64,000 nt of DNA, taken from NCBI GenBank assembly GCA_028534125.1, contig CM052818.1, positions 42,844,001 through 42,908,000 on the forward strand. The letters are read 5' to 3'. Positions within the stretch are counted from its first letter, which is position 1; the number at the start of each line of letters is the position of its first letter. Below are positions 62,481 through 64,000 of this stretch, piece after piece. A program made the translations under genes and the position numbers. The notes beneath the pieces are model-generated. The model did not search any database. It was not told where the DNA came from and saw nothing but the letters and a program-made list of their open reading frames with translations. The stretch is from Lama glama. Taxonomy: Eukaryota.

Positions 62481-63499
62481 AGCAGGTTCAGAGCGCGGGC
62501 TGAGGAGCACCGGTTGTGGTGGACGTGACGTTCTGGGCCATGGAGAGACAGGGGATAGGTGCCCAGCAGTGAGAGCAGGGAGCATGAGGACCTTTGATGA
62601 GAAGTTTGCTAAGTGCCTTCCCCACATGACCCTGATGAGCACAAAGTCACTACGTGTCCTGATTCAACCCTCACGTCACAAGTGCCCGTAACAGGGCTCA
62701 CAGCCTCCTCCCAGACACACAAACACGGTGGAATCACCCACCTCCTCTCTTCCCCAAAGGCTGGAAAGGGAATCAAAACAGAGAGGCTAATAAATTCCCT
62801 CGGGAAGAAGAAGAACACTCCACTCCTGTTTATTAACTGAAAAGTCATCACCTTAGTGAATTCCACCGTGGTGGTGCCATGATCTAACACACCTGTGAGC
62901 CTTTTCTCCTTTTTTGGGTGCTCTGGGGAAGATAGGCTTCATACCATTTTCCTTTTGGAATTCTGAAAGGCAGGTTGTAATTAAATTCCTTTTTTCCCCC
63001 ACCGGATGTCATCGGTTCTCACACGCACACCCGAGCTATTTGTGTCCTAGCTCCTGTACGCAGGAGTGACCGCCTTACACGGGAACCATCTTGTTTTGGG
63101 TCTTTTCTCAGTCTGGCATGGGAGAGAGGTTTGAGACCACGATGATTTTTTTTTTTAAATCTGCTTTCCTAAGTTCCAGATCCTGATAAAATATCTTGAT
63201 AACTGATGTTTGGTTAATAACTGACTACAGCCGAGTGCATCTATGGCACAATAAACAACTAGGCAGTTCAACAATTCCTGCAAGAAAAGGAAAGCGGTGG
63301 ATTCAATTATTCACAATGATTAAACTGGACACACAGAATTAATGCAGATAATTTCCTCTTGTGAAGGCTTAGTGTTTACTTACTGTATAAGCTGAGCATC
63401 TACAAATACTAACAGGAAAGCAAGATTGCTACCAGATCTTCTCAGCCATAGGAATTTTGCTATATATTTTCTTATCTTTGCAATGAATCTTCATTATTT

Positions 63500-63552
63500 T
63501 AAATAAATTTATTATATATTATATATTTTTATATATTTTATTATTTATTTTG
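63500..63552. repeat. AT-rich low-complexity tract
   Basis: aaataaatttattatatattatatatttttatatattttattattt. Confidence 0.7.
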
Positions 63553-64000
63553 ATTTCTTCCATGGTGATATTTTAAAAACTCCTGTTTCAACCCATCATC
63601 GTGCTGCTTAACAGAAACAAATAAGGAAACAGGTGACCTTCCTGTTCGTTCCTCCACCATAAACTGACACTGACAAGTCACTTCTCCCTCCCGTGCATCA
63701 AATTCCTCATCTGTAAAGTGAATGAGTTACTTTAAGTGTTACAGTTTGACCAGCTCCCAAATTTCCAGGCAAGGGAAAGTGGGATGCTTGCATCTGAGGG
63801 TCCGTGTGTTGACCATCAACCTTGGAGGTTTTCAGAAGGCATAAACCAGCCAGGCACGTCTGACCTGATTGATAGCTCTCCTGGCCCAGAATCTCAGCTC
63901 GGCTGCCCGCTGGGCTCTTGCCCAAACTTCCTGGCAGCCCTTCTAATGTTCAAGCCTTTTGCCCAGGTGGTCTTGGCATAGGTAAATACGCTGAAATTGA

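Noticed and set aside
1..64000. Naming the host gene; CRISPR, operon or other prokaryotic-type systems
   Set aside because: No coding exon is recognisable for identification. The DNA is mammalian and has no repeat-spacer arrays or operon-like ORFs.

Overview
Mammalian genomic DNA, most likely camelid (camel/alpaca/llama), judged from three tRNA-derived vic-1-type SINEs and camelid-like LINE-1 3' ends. I find no credible protein-coding exon, and the only recognisable peptides are LINE-1 remnants. The window opens with a CpG-rich promoter (~420-1450) carrying an E2F site, a GC box, two CCAAT boxes and a strong + strand splice donor at 763. This looks like a non-coding first exon followed by a very long intron, or a multi-exon lncRNA. 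I cannot name the gene. The core of that promoter (554-719) is a recognisable MER5A hAT MITE in which the GC box and CCAAT boxes sit, suggesting an exapted transposon promoter. The rest is dense in MIR, L2, MLT1, L1 and MER58 repeats, several of them nested. It includes an L1 5'-inversion, a tail-to-tail L1 pair and a ~100 bp locally templated insertion flanked by a short duplication. Repeat-poor, motif-rich blocks between the repeats look like enhancers. Repeat subfamily names come from remembered consensus sequences and repeat boundaries are approximate. No novel multi-gene system is supported.
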